From positions 3,712,001-3,776,000 of the forward strand of contig OZ245817.1 of assembly GCA_965228475.1 (NCBI GenBank): a stretch of 64,000 bases of DNA, in the 5' to 3' direction. Shown one piece after another: positions 1 to 10,787 of the stretch. Made by a program: the position numbers and the translations under genes. Below the pieces are notes generated by a model. The model was not told the DNA's origin. It made no database searches and was given only the letters and a program-made list of their open reading frames with translations. Positions within the stretch are counted from its first letter, which is position 1; every line of letters starts with the position of its first letter. The DNA comes from Myxococcota bacterium. Lineage in GTDB: Bacteria; Myxococcota_A; UBA9160; JAFDDA01.

Positions 1-22
1 GCGAGGTTACCGCGGCGGCGGG

Positions 23-49
23 TCGAATCCGGTCACACCCCGGATTCGA
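23..49. repeat. Perfect 10-bp inverted repeat, possible terminator or operator
   Basis: TCGAATCCGG (23-32) and CCGGATTCGA (40-49) with a 7-nt loop, just past the stop of the minus-strand gene ending at 86; no U-tract. Confidence 0.4.
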
Positions 50-85
50 AACCAGGATCGAAACAGGGTTCGAGCGGGCGGCGGG

Positions 86-952
86 TCACGCTCCCGCGGC
101 CGCGCGCTCCATCTCGGCGATCATGGCTTCGTAACCCTCGCGGAACGTCGGGTAGGAGAACGCGAAGCCCGTCGCCCGCAGCCGCGCATTGCGGCAGCGC
201 TTCCCCGACGTGCGCGGGGCCTCGCTCGTGGCCGTGGGCGGCGACGGCGCGCCGAGCCGCGACGCCAGCCAGGTGAGCACCTCGCCCCGTTCGGCGGGCT
301 CGTCGTCGACGCCGAGGTAGAGCCCCTCGAGCGCATCGAGCACGAGCAGGTGGGCGAGCGCCCGGGCTGCGTCGTCCCGATGGATCCGGTTCGTGTAGTG
401 CGGCGCCGCCGGGCGTTCCGCCTCCCCGCGACGCACGCTCTCGAGCAGTCGCGTTCGGCCGGGGCCGTAGATCCCCCCGAGGCGCAGAGCGGAACCCGCT
501 CCGCCGTGGCTCGCCACGAGCGCTTCCGCCTCGAGCATGATCGCCCCGCGGAAGCTCGCCGGCTCGGCCGGGCTCGTCTCCTCGACCCACTCGCCGGAAT
601 CCTGGCCATGGACGGAGGTGCTCGACGTGAACAGGAGGCGAGGCGCCATGCCCGCGGCCGCAGCAGCATCGATCACGTTCGCCAGACCCGTCACGTAGGC
701 ACGCCGGTAGGCCGGCTCATCGCGGCCGTCGGCCGCGGCGGTGTAGGCGATCGCATCGAGGCCGCCGGCGAACACGGGCGAGAGCGCCTCGCGCAGCGCC
801 GCCGACACCGAGAGGTCCGCCGCGACGCCGGTGACACCCTCCGGTACGGCGGACGCGTTCCGCCGAAGGCCGAAGACCTCGTGCCCGGCTTCCGCAAGCA
901 ACCCTGCCAGGGCGCCCCCCACATACCCACACCCGGCCACCAGAACCCGCAC
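86..952 (-). CDS. NAD-dependent epimerase/dehydratase (extended SDR, YeeZ-like)
   Basis: GTG start after GGAGG; VLVAGCGYVG Rossmann motif, FTSSTSVHG, LRLGGIYGPGR, TNRIHRDD, YPTFREG. Confidence 0.85.
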   Translation of the reverse strand: MRVLVAGCGYVGGALAGLLAEAGHEVFGLRRNASAVPEGVTGVAADLSVSAALREALSPVFAGGLDAIAYTAAADGRDEPAYRRAYVTGLANVIDAAAAAGMAPRLLFTSSTSVHGQDSGEWVEETSPAEPASFRGAIMLEAEALVASHGGAGSALRLGGIYGPGRTRLLESVRRGEAERPAAPHYTNRIHRDDAARALAHLLVLDALEGLYLGVDDEPAERGEVLTWLASRLGAPSPPTATSEAPRTSGKRCRNARLRATGFAFSYPTFREGYEAMIAEMERAAAGA

Positions 953-1006
953 GAGACCTCCCGTCCTTCGGGATGATAGGATCCGCAGCGTCCTTTCGGA
1001 GGCCCC

Positions 1007-1945
1007 ATGACGCGACCGGTCCACTTCGGTGTCACGCTCCCGCAGATCAAGCGCTCCTGGCAGGAGACGCGCGAGGCGGCCACCACCTTCGACGAGCTCG
1101 GCTTCGATTCGGTCTGGGTGTGTGACCACCTCTACGGCGTGCCGCTGCCGACCCTCCCGATCCTCGAGGCCTACACCCTGCTCTCGGCGGTGGCCGCGGT
1201 GACGGAGCGCGTCGAGCTCGGCGCCCTCGTGACGCCTCCGTTCTTCCGGAACCCGGCCGTCCTCGCCAAGCAGATCGCCACGATCGACCAGATCTCGAAC
1301 GGGCGCGCCATCGCGGGGCTCGGGGCCGGCTGGTTCGAAGCGGAGTTCCAGGGCTACGGCTGCGAGTTTCCGGGCCTCGGGGCGCGCATGAAGGCCCTCG
1401 AAGAAGAAGTGACGATCCTGAAGGCGCTCTGGACCGAGGAGCGCGCGAGCTTCGAGGGCGAACACTTCCGTGTCGCCGACGTCGTGTGCGAACCCAAGCC
1501 GGTGCGGCGCCCGCCCATCCTGATCGGCGGGAGCGGCGAGCGCGTCCTGATGGGGATCGTCGCGCGCCACGCGGACGTCTGGAACAACCTCGCCGTCTTC
1601 CAGCCGCAGCTCGAAGCCAAGATCGCGGCGCTCCACCGGCGCTGCGAGGAAGAAGGCCGCGACCCGGCCACGCTGACGGTCTCCCAGCAGTGCGTCGTGG
1701 TCCTCGCCGAGGACGAGGCCGGCGCCACGGAGGCCCTCGCCAAGGCCCAGAAGATCTACGGAGGCCACATGGGGGGAAACCTCGAAGCCCATGGCATCTG
1801 GGGGCACCCCGAAGCCGTCGTCGAACGGATCGCGCGCCACGTGGAGCTCGGCTGCACGAGCTTCGTGATGGAGTTCTTCGGCCGCGATACCCGCGTCCCG
1901 GCGCGCCTGTTCGCCGAGAAGGTCCTCCCCGCCTTCCGCTCCTAA
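1007..1945 (+). CDS. LLM-class (luciferase-like) flavin/F420-dependent oxidoreductase
   Basis: GFDSVWVCDH, RNPAVLAK..TIDQISNGR..GLGAGW, PKP..PPILIGGSGE. Confidence 0.88.
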   Translation: MTRPVHFGVTLPQIKRSWQETREAATTFDELGFDSVWVCDHLYGVPLPTLPILEAYTLLSAVAAVTERVELGALVTPPFFRNPAVLAKQIATIDQISNGRAIAGLGAGWFEAEFQGYGCEFPGLGARMKALEEEVTILKALWTEERASFEGEHFRVADVVCEPKPVRRPPILIGGSGERVLMGIVARHADVWNNLAVFQPQLEAKIAALHRRCEEEGRDPATLTVSQQCVVVLAEDEAGATEALAKAQKIYGGHMGGNLEAHGIWGHPEAVVERIARHVELGCTSFVMEFFGRDTRVPARLFAEKVLPAFRS

Positions 1946-1950
1946 GCGCC

Positions 1951-1978
1951 TCAAGTCGAGGCTCGAGGCACCCGATTT
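1951..1978 (+). promoter_or_regulatory. Putative sigma28 (FliA)-type promoter
   Basis: TCAAG-N15-CCCGATTT, about 65 nt upstream of the PilZ gene. Confidence 0.55.
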
Positions 1979-2043
1979 TCTGTGACGGACGCGTGCGTTC
2001 GCGCTCGGGGTTTCCCCCTGCGCGAGGGAGAGAAGTCCGCCGC

Positions 2044-2745
2044 ATGGCCTCGAAGAAGAAGAACCACAAGCGCGCCCTCCAGGAGGGTGCCACCGTGCAG
2101 CTCCAGCGCGAGGACGGCGAGACCCTGCGCGGCGTGGTGATGCGCATCGAGGACGATCTGCTCGACGTGGTCGTCCGCGCCCGGGTCGAGCAGGGGGAGC
2201 TGCTCCGCCTCTCGCGGACCGTCCAGAACGACGCCCGCTACACGGCGGTCATCGAGGTGGTCGAATCCGGGACGGGCCGCTCCCGCGTCCGCCTCGTCGG
2301 CGACTGGCAGCGCATCCAGATGCGGGAGTACGTCCGCGTCTCGGTCTTCGGGATCCCCCTCGACGTCCGGCGCGACGAAGAGCTCGAAACGATGAGCCAG
2401 CGCGAAGCGCGGCTCCGGCGGCTGCGCGCGGTCGAGGAGGAGGACGAGCGGCCCTCCCGCCTGCTCGACCTCTCCGGAGGCGGCCTGCGGTTCGAGAGCC
2501 GCGAGCGCTTCTCCGAGGGCGAGAACGTCGAGTTCGACTTCACCCTGCCCGAGACGGGTCCGCTCCACCTCCGAGGCGAGATCGTCCGGGTGCTGGCGGT
2601 CGCGGAAGCGAACGAAGACAGCGGCGAGCCCGAGGGGTTCAACCAGTACGGCGTCCGCTTCCTCAGCGTGGCCGAGTCCGACCGCGTGAAGATCATGACC
2701 TGGGTCTTCGGCGAACAGGCCGCTCGCTTCCGCGAGTCCAAGTAG
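2044..2745 (+). CDS. PilZ-domain c-di-GMP effector (YcgR/flagellar-brake-like architecture)
   Basis: RxxxR motif (REYVR) and DxSxxG motif (DLSGGG), GEIVR..YGVRF; N-terminal beta-rich domain. Confidence 0.85.
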   Translation: MASKKKNHKRALQEGATVQLQREDGETLRGVVMRIEDDLLDVVVRARVEQGELLRLSRTVQNDARYTAVIEVVESGTGRSRVRLVGDWQRIQMREYVRVSVFGIPLDVRRDEELETMSQREARLRRLRAVEEEDERPSRLLDLSGGGLRFESRERFSEGENVEFDFTLPETGPLHLRGEIVRVLAVAEANEDSGEPEGFNQYGVRFLSVAESDRVKIMTWVFGEQAARFRESK

Positions 2746-2758
2746 GCGGGACTGCCCC

Positions 2759-3631
2759 CTACCCTTCGCCCGCGCCCTCCCGGCGCCGCACGAGCCCTTC
2801 CTGGATCACCGACACCACCAGCTCGCCTTCGCGCGTGTACAGGTGCCCCATGGTGAAGCCGCGCGCGCCGAAGGCGTTCGGGCTGTGCTGGTCGTAGAGC
2901 AGCCACTCGTCCGCACGGAAGGGCCGGTGGAACCACATGGCGTGGTCGAGGCTCGCCATCTGGTGGCCGTCGTCGCTCCAGGCGATGCCGTGGGGCAGGA
3001 GCGCCGTGTCGATCAACGTCATGTCCGAGACGTAGGCCACCGTGCACTGGTGATAGAGGGCATGGTCCGGCAGCGGCCCGCGCGAGCGGATCCAGAGCTG
3101 TTGCCGGGGCGAACGCTTGCGCGGCTCGAAGGGATTGCTCGGGTCGACCCAGCGCATCTCGAAGGGCCGCTCGCGCGTGTGCATCTCGCGCTCTTCCGGA
3201 GGCATGTGGCGCGTGTGCTCCGCCATCCACTCCTCGCGCGAAACGAGGCTCTCGGGCTCCGGCACGTCCGGCATCGAAGCCTGGTGCTCCGGGCCGGGCT
3301 GATCGGGCTGGAAGGAGGCCGTCAGGTGGAAGATCGGCCGGCCGTGCTGGATGGCCTGGGAGCGCCGCGTGGTGAAGCTCCGGCCATCCCGAATCCGGTC
3401 CACCAGGTAGAGGATGGGCGTCTTGGGGTCCCCGGGCCGGAGGAAGTAGGAGTGGAGCGAGTGGCAGAAGCCCTTGTCGACGGTTCGGTAGGCGGCAACG
3501 AGAGCCTGGCCTGCGACCTGGCCACCGAAGACGCGCTGGCGGTCTTCGTCCGGGCTGCGGCCTCGGAACACGTTGACCTCGAGCTCCTCCAGATCGAGGA
3601 GGTCGAGCAGGCCATCAAGCGTCTTGGACAT
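2759..3631 (-). CDS. tesB: Acyl-CoA thioesterase II
   Basis: RVFGGQVAGQA, HSLHSYFLRPG, RDGRSF, YVSD, ASLDHAMWFHRP, QEGL. Confidence 0.93.
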   Translation of the reverse strand: MSKTLDGLLDLLDLEELEVNVFRGRSPDEDRQRVFGGQVAGQALVAAYRTVDKGFCHSLHSYFLRPGDPKTPILYLVDRIRDGRSFTTRRSQAIQHGRPIFHLTASFQPDQPGPEHQASMPDVPEPESLVSREEWMAEHTRHMPPEEREMHTRERPFEMRWVDPSNPFEPRKRSPRQQLWIRSRGPLPDHALYHQCTVAYVSDMTLIDTALLPHGIAWSDDGHQMASLDHAMWFHRPFRADEWLLYDQHSPNAFGARGFTMGHLYTREGELVVSVIQEGLVRRREGAGEG

Positions 3632-4991
3632 CCGGGGGCTCCGTGGGCGCGGAGACGAACTCGGGCGACTGTAGCGCGCGCGGCTGGATCTCGATCGTCT
3701 TGGGCGAAGGGAGCTCGGCGTCGGTCACCGCGCCGAGCTCCTTCATCCGGCGGCCGCTCGGCACGACCCGGGTCTCGAGCGTCCCGACCGCGCTGTTGTA
3801 CTTGTCGACGGAGCTCTTGAGGCTCTTCCCGAGCGCCTCGAAGTGCTCGGCGAGCTTGGCGACCCGCCGGTACAGCTCGCGCCCCTCGTCGCTGATCTCG
3901 CGGGCGTTCTCGGCGAGCTGTTCCTGGTTCCAACCGAGGTGGATCGCGCGCAGGATCGCGATCAGGGTGGTCGGGCTCGCCAGCAGCACCCCCTTGTTGA
4001 ACCCGTCCTCGATCAGCTTCGGGTCCTGCGCCAGGGCCGCGCTGTAGAAGACCTCGCCCGGAAGGAACATCACGACGAAGTCCGGAGCCTCGGTGAACTG
4101 CTTCTGGTAGGCCTTGCTCCCGAGCTGGTTCATGTGCTCCCGAACGTGCTTGGCGTGCGCGGCCAGCCCGCGCTCCCGCACCTCAGGATCGGTCGCCTCC
4201 ATCGCGCTCATGTAGGAATCGAGGGGCGCCTTCGAGTCGACCACGATGGCGGCACCGCCGGGGAGGTCGACCACGAGGTCGGGCCGGAGCTTCCCCTCTT
4301 CGCCGTCGATCGACGCCTGCTCCCGGAAGTCGCAGTGGGCCTGCATCCCGGCGAGCTCGACCGCCCGGCGAAGATGGATCTCGCCCCAGCGCCCCCGGGC
4401 CGTCGGCTGCCGCAGGGCCTGGACGAGCTTGGACGTCTCGCCGCGCAGCTCGCGGTGGGCCTTGTCCACGTGAGAGAGGGTCTCGCGCAGCGAAGCGTGC
4501 TGGACGGCACGCTCCTTTTCGACCGCGCCGAGCTTCTCGTCGACCTTGCCGAGGGACTCGCGGATCGGCGCCACCAGGTCGTCGAAGGCCTTCTGCTTGC
4601 CCTCGAGGTTCTGCTCCGCCGCCTTGTGCAGCCCATCGAACTGGGTCCGGGCGAGCTGGAGGAAATCCTCCTTGCTCGTGCGCAGCACGTCGCCGGCGAG
4701 CTTCTCGAACTGGTCGGCCATCTTCTTCTCGGCATCGAGCATGAGCTGGAGCTTCTCGGCCGTGGCCTCCCGCTCCTGCCGGAGCTGCTCCTCGAGCCGC
4801 ACGTTGCGCCCGCGCAGCACCGCCCAGACGACCAGCGAACCGACGAGGAGGCCGCCGAGCGCCAGGGCCACCAGGGGCAGCCAGGCCTCGCCCGCAGGCA
4901 GCGCCGCCAGGACGGCCTCCCAGACCTCGGGACCCTCCGGCACCGGCGCGGCCTCCGGCCGGCCCCCCTGAACGCTTTCGGAACTGTCCAT
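3615..4991 (-). CDS. rmuC: DNA recombination protein RmuC
   Basis: N-terminal TM and coiled coil, RGRWGEIHL, LRPDLVV.LPG, VDSKAP, DFVVMFLPGE, SPTTL. Confidence 0.92.
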   Translation of the reverse strand: MDSSESVQGGRPEAAPVPEGPEVWEAVLAALPAGEAWLPLVALALGGLLVGSLVVWAVLRGRNVRLEEQLRQEREATAEKLQLMLDAEKKMADQFEKLAGDVLRTSKEDFLQLARTQFDGLHKAAEQNLEGKQKAFDDLVAPIRESLGKVDEKLGAVEKERAVQHASLRETLSHVDKAHRELRGETSKLVQALRQPTARGRWGEIHLRRAVELAGMQAHCDFREQASIDGEEGKLRPDLVVDLPGGAAIVVDSKAPLDSYMSAMEATDPEVRERGLAAHAKHVREHMNQLGSKAYQKQFTEAPDFVVMFLPGEVFYSAALAQDPKLIEDGFNKGVLLASPTTLIAILRAIHLGWNQEQLAENAREISDEGRELYRRVAKLAEHFEALGKSLKSSVDKYNSAVGTLETRVVPSGRRMKELGAVTDAELPSPKTIEIQPRALQSPEFVSAPTEPPDVQDA

Positions 4992-5064
4992 GACCCCCCC
5001 GATCGCAAGATAACGAAGCGATTCCGGGAGTATCGAAACGCCGTGTGACGGATCCGGTCACGGC

Positions 5065-5086
5065 AAAGAAGGCCCCGAACGGGCCT
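5065..5086 (-). terminator. Possible intrinsic terminator after typA
   Basis: Minus strand AGGCCC-GTTCG-GGGCCT hairpin followed by TCTTT. Confidence 0.4.
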
Positions 5087-5105
5087 CTAGAGGGGCGCGG
5101 GCGGC

Positions 5106-6920
5106 TCAGCCCGCCCGCGAGTGGCTCTTGCGGTGGCTGCCCGAGAGGACCCGCTTGCGCAGCCGGAGGTTCTCCGGCGTCACCTCGAGCAGCTCGTCGT
5201 CCGCGATCCACTCGAGGGCGCTCTCGATGGTGAGCTTGCGCGGCGGGGAGACGGCGGTGGACTCGTCCTTCCCGGCCGCCCGGATGTTGGTGAGCTTCTT
5301 GGCCCGCACGACGTTCACGTTCATGTCGCCGGCACGGCGGTTCTCGCCGACCACCTGGCCTTCGTAGACCGGGACGCCCACGGGCACGAAGAGCGTCGCG
5401 CGCTCCTGGATCGAGTGGAGGCTGTAGGCCGTCGTCTGACCGGGCTCGGTCGCCACGATGGCGCCGACACCGCGCGACGACAGATCGCCCGCGTGGGGCT
5501 CGTAGTCGCGCACGGTGCGGTAGAGCACGCCTTCGCCGCGCGTGTCCGTCAGGAACTCGCTGCGATAGCCGAACAGGCCGCGGCTCGGCGCCGAGAAGCG
5601 CAGGAGCGCCCGGCCCTCGCGCTGCTCCATGGCCTCGAGGCGGCCCTTGCGCCCGGCGAGCTTCTCCATGACGACGCCCTGGAACTCCTCGGGCACCTCG
5701 ACCACGACCTCTTCCCAGGGCTCGCAGCGCACGCCGTCGATCTCGCGCACGATGATCTCGGGGCGCGAGACGGCGAACTCGTAGCCCTCGCGGCGGAGCG
5801 TCTCGATCAGGATGGCGAGCTGGAGCTCGCCGCGGCCCGAGACCTCGGTGCCGTCGCCGCCCGCCGCCGGAGCGATGCGGATCGAGACGTTGCCGAGGGC
5901 CTCGCGCTCCAGGCGATCCCGGATCTGGCGCCCGGTCAGGAAACGGCCGTCCTGGCCCGCGAAGGGCGAGGTATTCACGAGGAAGGAGACGCGGATGGTC
6001 GGCGGCTCGACCTCGATGCGCGGCAGCGGGTCGGGCTGGCCCGGCGGGCAGACCGTGTCGCCGATCTCGATCGCATCGACCCCCGCGAGCGTCACGATCT
6101 CGCCGGCGCCGGCTTCTTCGCGCTCGACGCGCTCGAGCCCGCGCACGCCGAACAGCTTCGTCACGCGGAAGGTCTCGGCCGCGCCGTCGGCGCCGACGCG
6201 CTGCACGTTCTCGCCGCGGCGGAGCACGCCGCGCGCCACGCGGCCGATCACGAGCCGGCCGACGAAGCTGTCGTAGCCGAGGGTCACCGCCTGGAAGCGC
6301 AGCGGGGCGTCGAGGTCGACGTCCGGCGCGGGGATGTGTTCGATGATGGCGTCGAGGAGCGGGCGGAGATCCTTTCGCTCGGCTTCCGGTTCGAGCGAGG
6401 CCGTGCCCTCCTTCGCGCAGGCGTAGACGACGGGAAAATCGAGCTGCTCGTCGTTCGCGCCGAGGGCCACGAGCAGGTCGAAGACCTCGTCGACCACCTC
6501 GTGGGCCCTCTGCTCCGGCCGGTCGATCTTGTTCACCACCACGATGGGATGGAGCCCGTGCTCGACGGCCTTGCGCACCACGAAGCGGGTCTGGGGCATC
6601 ACGCCTTCGACGGCGTCCACGAGCAGGAGCACACCGTCCACCATCCCGAGGATGCGCTCCACCTCGCCGCCGAAGTCGGCGTGGCCCGGCGTATCGACCA
6701 GGTGGATCTGCACGCCTTCGTAATCGACGGAGGTGTTCTTCGCGAGGATCGTGATGCCGCGCTCGCGCTCGAGGTCGCCGGAATCCATGGCGCGCTCGGC
6801 CACGGCCTGGTTCTCACGGAAAGTACCCGTCTGGCGGAACAATCCGTCCACCAGGGTGGTCTTCCCATGGTCCACGTGGGCGATGATCGCCAGATTGCGG
6901 AGATCCTTGCGAGGCGGCAC
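5106..6920 (-). CDS. typA: Translational GTPase TypA/BipA
   Basis: [64 protein letters not shown] start inferred. Confidence 0.96.
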   Translation of the reverse strand: MPPRKDLRNLAIIAHVDHGKTTLVDGLFRQTGTFRENQAVAERAMDSGDLERERGITILAKNTSVDYEGVQIHLVDTPGHADFGGEVERILGMVDGVLLLVDAVEGVMPQTRFVVRKAVEHGLHPIVVVNKIDRPEQRAHEVVDEVFDLLVALGANDEQLDFPVVYACAKEGTASLEPEAERKDLRPLLDAIIEHIPAPDVDLDAPLRFQAVTLGYDSFVGRLVIGRVARGVLRRGENVQRVGADGAAETFRVTKLFGVRGLERVEREEAGAGEIVTLAGVDAIEIGDTVCPPGQPDPLPRIEVEPPTIRVSFLVNTSPFAGQDGRFLTGRQIRDRLEREALGNVSIRIAPAAGGDGTEVSGRGELQLAILIETLRREGYEFAVSRPEIIVREIDGVRCEPWEEVVVEVPEEFQGVVMEKLAGRKGRLEAMEQREGRALLRFSAPSRGLFGYRSEFLTDTRGEGVLYRTVRDYEPHAGDLSSRGVGAIVATEPGQTTAYSLHSIQERATLFVPVGVPVYEGQVVGENRRAGDMNVNVVRAKKLTNIRAAGKDESTAVSPPRKLTIESALEWIADDELLEVTPENLRLRKRVLSGSHRKSHSRAG

Positions 6921-7100
6921 GTTGCTTTCCGGAGGGTGGGGCCCGAGAAGGGCCGAATGCGCGCGGAATCTAGCAGACGCCCCGCGCCACGCCCCGGGGT
7001 TTCGCTCCGGCCCCTCGAACCCCCTCGTGGCCGGCTGCCGGGCCGTTTCCGGCCGCTTGCCGGGCCCCGGGGGCCCGGGCAATGGGGAGACCCGGCTGAT

Positions 7101-9161
7101 ATGATCCTCGCGATGCGCTCGAAACTCTCCCGGACCCGTGCAATCCCTTTCGCCATCGCCCTTTTTTCCGTCCTCGCGGCAGGCCCGGCCCACGCCCGGC
7201 TGCGCTGCGACACGGTGCCGAAGCTCCTCGACTCCTACGTCCAGGCCCACGTCGTCCACAAGCGGATGACCTCGGAGCTCCGCGAGCGGACGATGGAGTC
7301 CTATCTGAATGCCCTCGACCCCTCGAAGACGATCTTCCTCGCCTCCGAGGCCGACGCGATCCGCAAGGACGCGAACCGGATCTTCCGGGAGGTCCGCGGC
7401 GGGAAGTGCGCCTATCTGACGGAGCTTCAGAAGCGGGTCCACGGCCGGTACCAGAGTCTCGAGACCCTCGTGCGGGGCATGGTCCAGCGCGAGGACTTCG
7501 CCCTCGACCCGACCATCGAACTGGTCATCGACCCGGAGGAGCGCGGCAACCCGGCGGACGACGTCGCGCGCAGCGAGCTCGTCCGCAAGCTCGTCCACTT
7601 CCAGATGTCGAACCTGCTGGCGAGCGAGGCCGAAGAGGCCGAGGCGCGCGAGCGGCTGATCCACCGCTACGAGCTGATGACCAAGCGCTCCTCGGAGATC
7701 ACGGACGAGGACGTCCTCTCGAACTTCATCGACGCCTTCGCGCGCTCCCTCGACCCGCACAGCAACTACTTCTCCGCGGATGCCATGGAGGACTTCCAGA
7801 TCGGGATGTCGCTCTCGCTGGAAGGCATCGGCGTCGCCCTCTCCTCGCGCGACGGCTACCCGGTGGTCGAGCAGATCATCCCGGGCGGCGCGACGGACCG
7901 CACCAAGGCCCTCGAGCCCGGCGACAAGATCGTCGCCGTGGCGCAGGACGGCGAGTCCGCGGTGTCCGTCGTCGACATGGCCCTGCGCGACGTCGTGCGC
8001 CTGATCCGCGGCAAGAAGAAGAGCAAGGTCACGCTGACGGTGCTGCGCAAGCAGGAGAAGGCCGAGCGCTTCAAGGTGACGATCGTGCGCGACACGATCG
8101 ATCTCAAGGAGCAGGCCGCAAAGCTCTCCTGGGTGGAGCGCGAGGTCGACGGCAAGAAGCTGAAGCTCGCGCTGCTCGAGCTGCGCTCCTTCTACGGCGA
8201 CCGCAGCCCGAACAAGCGCCGCTCGAGCGACGACGTGCGCAAGCTCCTGCGCGAAGCGCGCGACGGCGGGGCCGACGGCCTCCTGCTCGACCTCTCGCGC
8301 AACGGCGGCGGGAACCTCGAGTACGCCGTGCAGATCTCGGGCTTCTTCATCGAGGAGGGCGGCATCGTCGCCATCCGCGAATCGACCAAGCGCGAGCGCG
8401 TCCTGCGCGACCCGATCGACGACATGCCCTGGAGCGGCCCGCTCGTCGTGCTGACCTCGCGCATCAGCGCCTCGGCCTCGGAGATCCTCGTCGGCGCCCT
8501 GAAGGACTACGACCGCGCGGTCGTCGTCGGCGACTCCCAGACCTTCGGCAAGGGCTCGGTGCAGACGGTGATCCCGCTGACGCCGGGGCTCGGCGCGCTC
8601 AAGGTGACGACGGCGATGTTCTTCCGGCCGGGCGGCGCCTCCACCCAGATGGACGGCGTGCGGCCCCACATCAAGATCCCCTCCGCCTGGGACCGCGACG
8701 ACTTCGGCGAGAGCGAGCAGCCCTACGCCCTGCCGACCCAGAACATCACGCCCTTCACGCCGGTTCCGGGAACGCGCGCCGCGCGCGGCCTCGGGAGCTG
8801 GAAGCGCGTGACGCCCGAGCTGGTCCAGCGGCTCACCGCGCGCTCGCAGGAGCGCGTCGCCGCGAGCGAGGACTTCGGCGAGGTGCTCGAGAAACTCGCC
8901 GAGGCCGAGGAGAACGACGGCACGATCCGCCTCGCCGAGATCCTCGAGAAGCAGGACGCCGCCAAGGCCGAGGGCGAAGACGCCGAGAAGAGCGCCGCGG
9001 CCCCGGCCGAAGGCGCCGACGCGAAGATCGCAGCCGGCGACGCCGCCATCGCCCCGCCCGAAGGCCACTCGCCGGCAGCCGACGACGAGGACGAAGAGCC
9101 GACGCTCCAGGTCGAGGAGAGCCTCGACATCCTCGCCGACCTGGTGGCGATCTCGGGTTAG
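7101..9161 (+). CDS. prc: Carboxy-terminal processing (tail-specific) protease, S41 family, with PDZ domain
   Basis: Signal peptide ending [44 protein letters not shown]; start may be 7113. Confidence 0.9.
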   Translation: MILAMRSKLSRTRAIPFAIALFSVLAAGPAHARLRCDTVPKLLDSYVQAHVVHKRMTSELRERTMESYLNALDPSKTIFLASEADAIRKDANRIFREVRGGKCAYLTELQKRVHGRYQSLETLVRGMVQREDFALDPTIELVIDPEERGNPADDVARSELVRKLVHFQMSNLLASEAEEAEARERLIHRYELMTKRSSEITDEDVLSNFIDAFARSLDPHSNYFSADAMEDFQIGMSLSLEGIGVALSSRDGYPVVEQIIPGGATDRTKALEPGDKIVAVAQDGESAVSVVDMALRDVVRLIRGKKKSKVTLTVLRKQEKAERFKVTIVRDTIDLKEQAAKLSWVEREVDGKKLKLALLELRSFYGDRSPNKRRSSDDVRKLLREARDGGADGLLLDLSRNGGGNLEYAVQISGFFIEEGGIVAIRESTKRERVLRDPIDDMPWSGPLVVLTSRISASASEILVGALKDYDRAVVVGDSQTFGKGSVQTVIPLTPGLGALKVTTAMFFRPGGASTQMDGVRPHIKIPSAWDRDDFGESEQPYALPTQNITPFTPVPGTRAARGLGSWKRVTPELVQRLTARSQERVAASEDFGEVLEKLAEAEENDGTIRLAEILEKQDAAKAEGEDAEKSAAAPAEGADAKIAAGDAAIAPPEGHSPAADDEDEEPTLQVEESLDILADLVAISG

Positions 9162-9171
9162 GTAAGACCCT

Positions 9172-9552
9172 TCACCCCGCCGGGTCGATGATCTCGATCT
9201 CGATTCCGTCCGGGTCCCGAACGTAGAACCGCCGCCCCGGCTCGTACTCGGGCTCGAAGTGAGGCTCGACGCCGAGGCCGACGGCGCGCTCCCGCACGGC
9301 CGCCAGATCCTCCACCGCGATGCCGAGATGGTTGAAGCCGGCGTGGCCGTAGTCCTCTTCGACCGCCCCGGGCTGCTCCGCCTGGAAGAGCGCCAGGTAG
9401 CAGCGGTCGTCCCCGACGTGCGCCGCGGGCACGAGGCCCTCGCCGCCCGTCGCCTTCCCTTGCCAACGCACGCGATAGCCGAAGAGCTTCCGGTAGAAGG
9501 CCACCGAGCGGTCGAGGTCCTGGACGGTCAGATTCACGTGTTCGAGAAACAT
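9172..9552 (-). CDS. VOC/glyoxalase family protein
   Basis: LEHVNLTVQDL..S..FY, NHLGIAV, FYVRDPDGIEIE. Confidence 0.88.
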   Translation of the reverse strand: MFLEHVNLTVQDLDRSVAFYRKLFGYRVRWQGKATGGEGLVPAAHVGDDRCYLALFQAEQPGAVEEDYGHAGFNHLGIAVEDLAAVRERAVGLGVEPHFEPEYEPGRRFYVRDPDGIEIEIIDPAG

Positions 9553-9644
9553 GAGCACCTCCGATCGCACACAGGATCGGAGGCCCGGGGCGGACCCGCC
9601 CGCGCGCGGACGCTTCGTCGACAGGCGGATGCTCGGGCGACCCC

Positions 9645-10121
9645 CTAGCGCGGCGGCGGCGGCGGCGGCGCCCGGAACGGCACGCCGAGGTCGGGCTGGA
9701 GCCCCCGCAACTCTTTGTGGAAGGTGTCCTCGAAGGGGAAGTGGCCGTTCGGGTCGGGCCACAGGCACTGGAGCGCGGGGAAGGGTTTGCCCTCGTAGTA
9801 CCAGCCCGCGTACCCGAGGAAGTCTCCGTAGTTCGCGAGGTGCACCTCGCGGAAGTGGCACTTCATCCCCTGGACGATGCCTTCGTAGGCCTGCTCGGCC
9901 TCGAAGCGGCGGCCCTCGCCGACGTCGGCACCGACGGCGTTCACGAGCTGGTGCAGGACGTCGAGGTCCGGGCCGACGGCCACGATCTCCGGGTGGTCGT
10001 GGCTCTTGTTGAGGCCCACGGTGAAGGCGTGGGCGGGGCCCACGTCGTCCTCCATGACCTTCACGACGTGGAAGCCGTATTGCTCGATGTCGCGGGTGAC
10101 GCGCGGGTCGATTTCGGGCAT
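9645..10121 (-). CDS. DUF4262-like protein
   Basis: AFTVGL..HDHPEI, LQCLWPDPNGHFP. Confidence 0.75.
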   Translation of the reverse strand: MPEIDPRVTRDIEQYGFHVVKVMEDDVGPAHAFTVGLNKSHDHPEIVAVGPDLDVLHQLVNAVGADVGEGRRFEAEQAYEGIVQGMKCHFREVHLANYGDFLGYAGWYYEGKPFPALQCLWPDPNGHFPFEDTFHKELRGLQPDLGVPFRAPPPPPPR

Positions 10122-10162
10122 CGGGGCAAGGCTAGCGCGTCGACCCGTGCTACATCCGAGAC

Positions 10163-10489
10163 ATGGTGCGGCAGATCAGCGTGAGCGAGCTGGCCGATCG
10201 GCTGGCCGCGGACGATGCCCGGGGAGACGTCCAGTTCATCGACGTGCGGACCCCCGAGGAATGGCAGATGGCGCGGATCGCGGGCTTCCGCCTGCTCGAT
10301 GCGGGCCTCGCCGAATCCCTGCAGGGCCTCGCGCCGGAGACCGAGTTCGTCTTCCTGTGCCACCATGGCATGCGCAGCCAGGCCGCCGCCGAGCACTTCG
10401 CCGCCCGCGGCTTTTCCAACGTCTGGAACGTCACCGGCGGCATCGACGCCTGGTCGAGCCAGATCGACCCGGACGTCCCCCGCTACTGA
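10163..10489 (+). CDS. Single-domain rhodanese-like sulfurtransferase
   Basis: IDVRTPEEW, CHHGMRS, NVTGGIDAW. Confidence 0.9.
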   Translation: MVRQISVSELADRLAADDARGDVQFIDVRTPEEWQMARIAGFRLLDAGLAESLQGLAPETEFVFLCHHGMRSQAAAEHFAARGFSNVWNVTGGIDAWSSQIDPDVPRY

Positions 10490-10512
10490 GCGGCGCGCCC
10501 GAAGGAGCCCCC

Positions 10513-10773
10513 ATGGCCCTCCAGATCCTGAACCAGCCCGACGACCTGCTCGCCAAGATCAAGTCCGCCGTGGAGAACGCCATCGAAGGGGCCGAGGTCG
10601 AGGTCTCCTCGATGAGTCCGGGGCACTTCGAGCTGCGCGTGGTCTCGAGCGCCTTCGAGGGCCTGAACCGCGTGAAGCAGCAGCAGCTCGTCTACGCCGC
10701 CATCACGCCGATGATGACCGGCGACGCGGCGCCCATCCACGCCATCGACCGGCTCGAGACGATCACGCCCTAG
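10513..10773 (+). CDS. BolA/IbaG family protein
   Basis: AAGGAG RBS; GHFELRVVSSAFEGLNRVKQQQLVY, IHAI. Confidence 0.88.
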   Translation: MALQILNQPDDLLAKIKSAVENAIEGAEVEVSSMSPGHFELRVVSSAFEGLNRVKQQQLVYAAITPMMTGDAAPIHAIDRLETITP

Positions 10774-10787
10774 CGGGCGCGCGCGCC

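Noticed and set aside
45..74. Short tandem TCGAAAC repeats with a tRNA-like GGTTCGA
   Set aside because: Only about 2.5 copies of a 12-nt unit and no cloverleaf; too close to the window edge to interpret
5106..9161. Apparent 1320-aa and 1346-aa fully overlapping ORFs
   Set aside because: The real genes are typA (start 6920) and the protease (start about 7101), which are divergent; the extensions are antisense read-through
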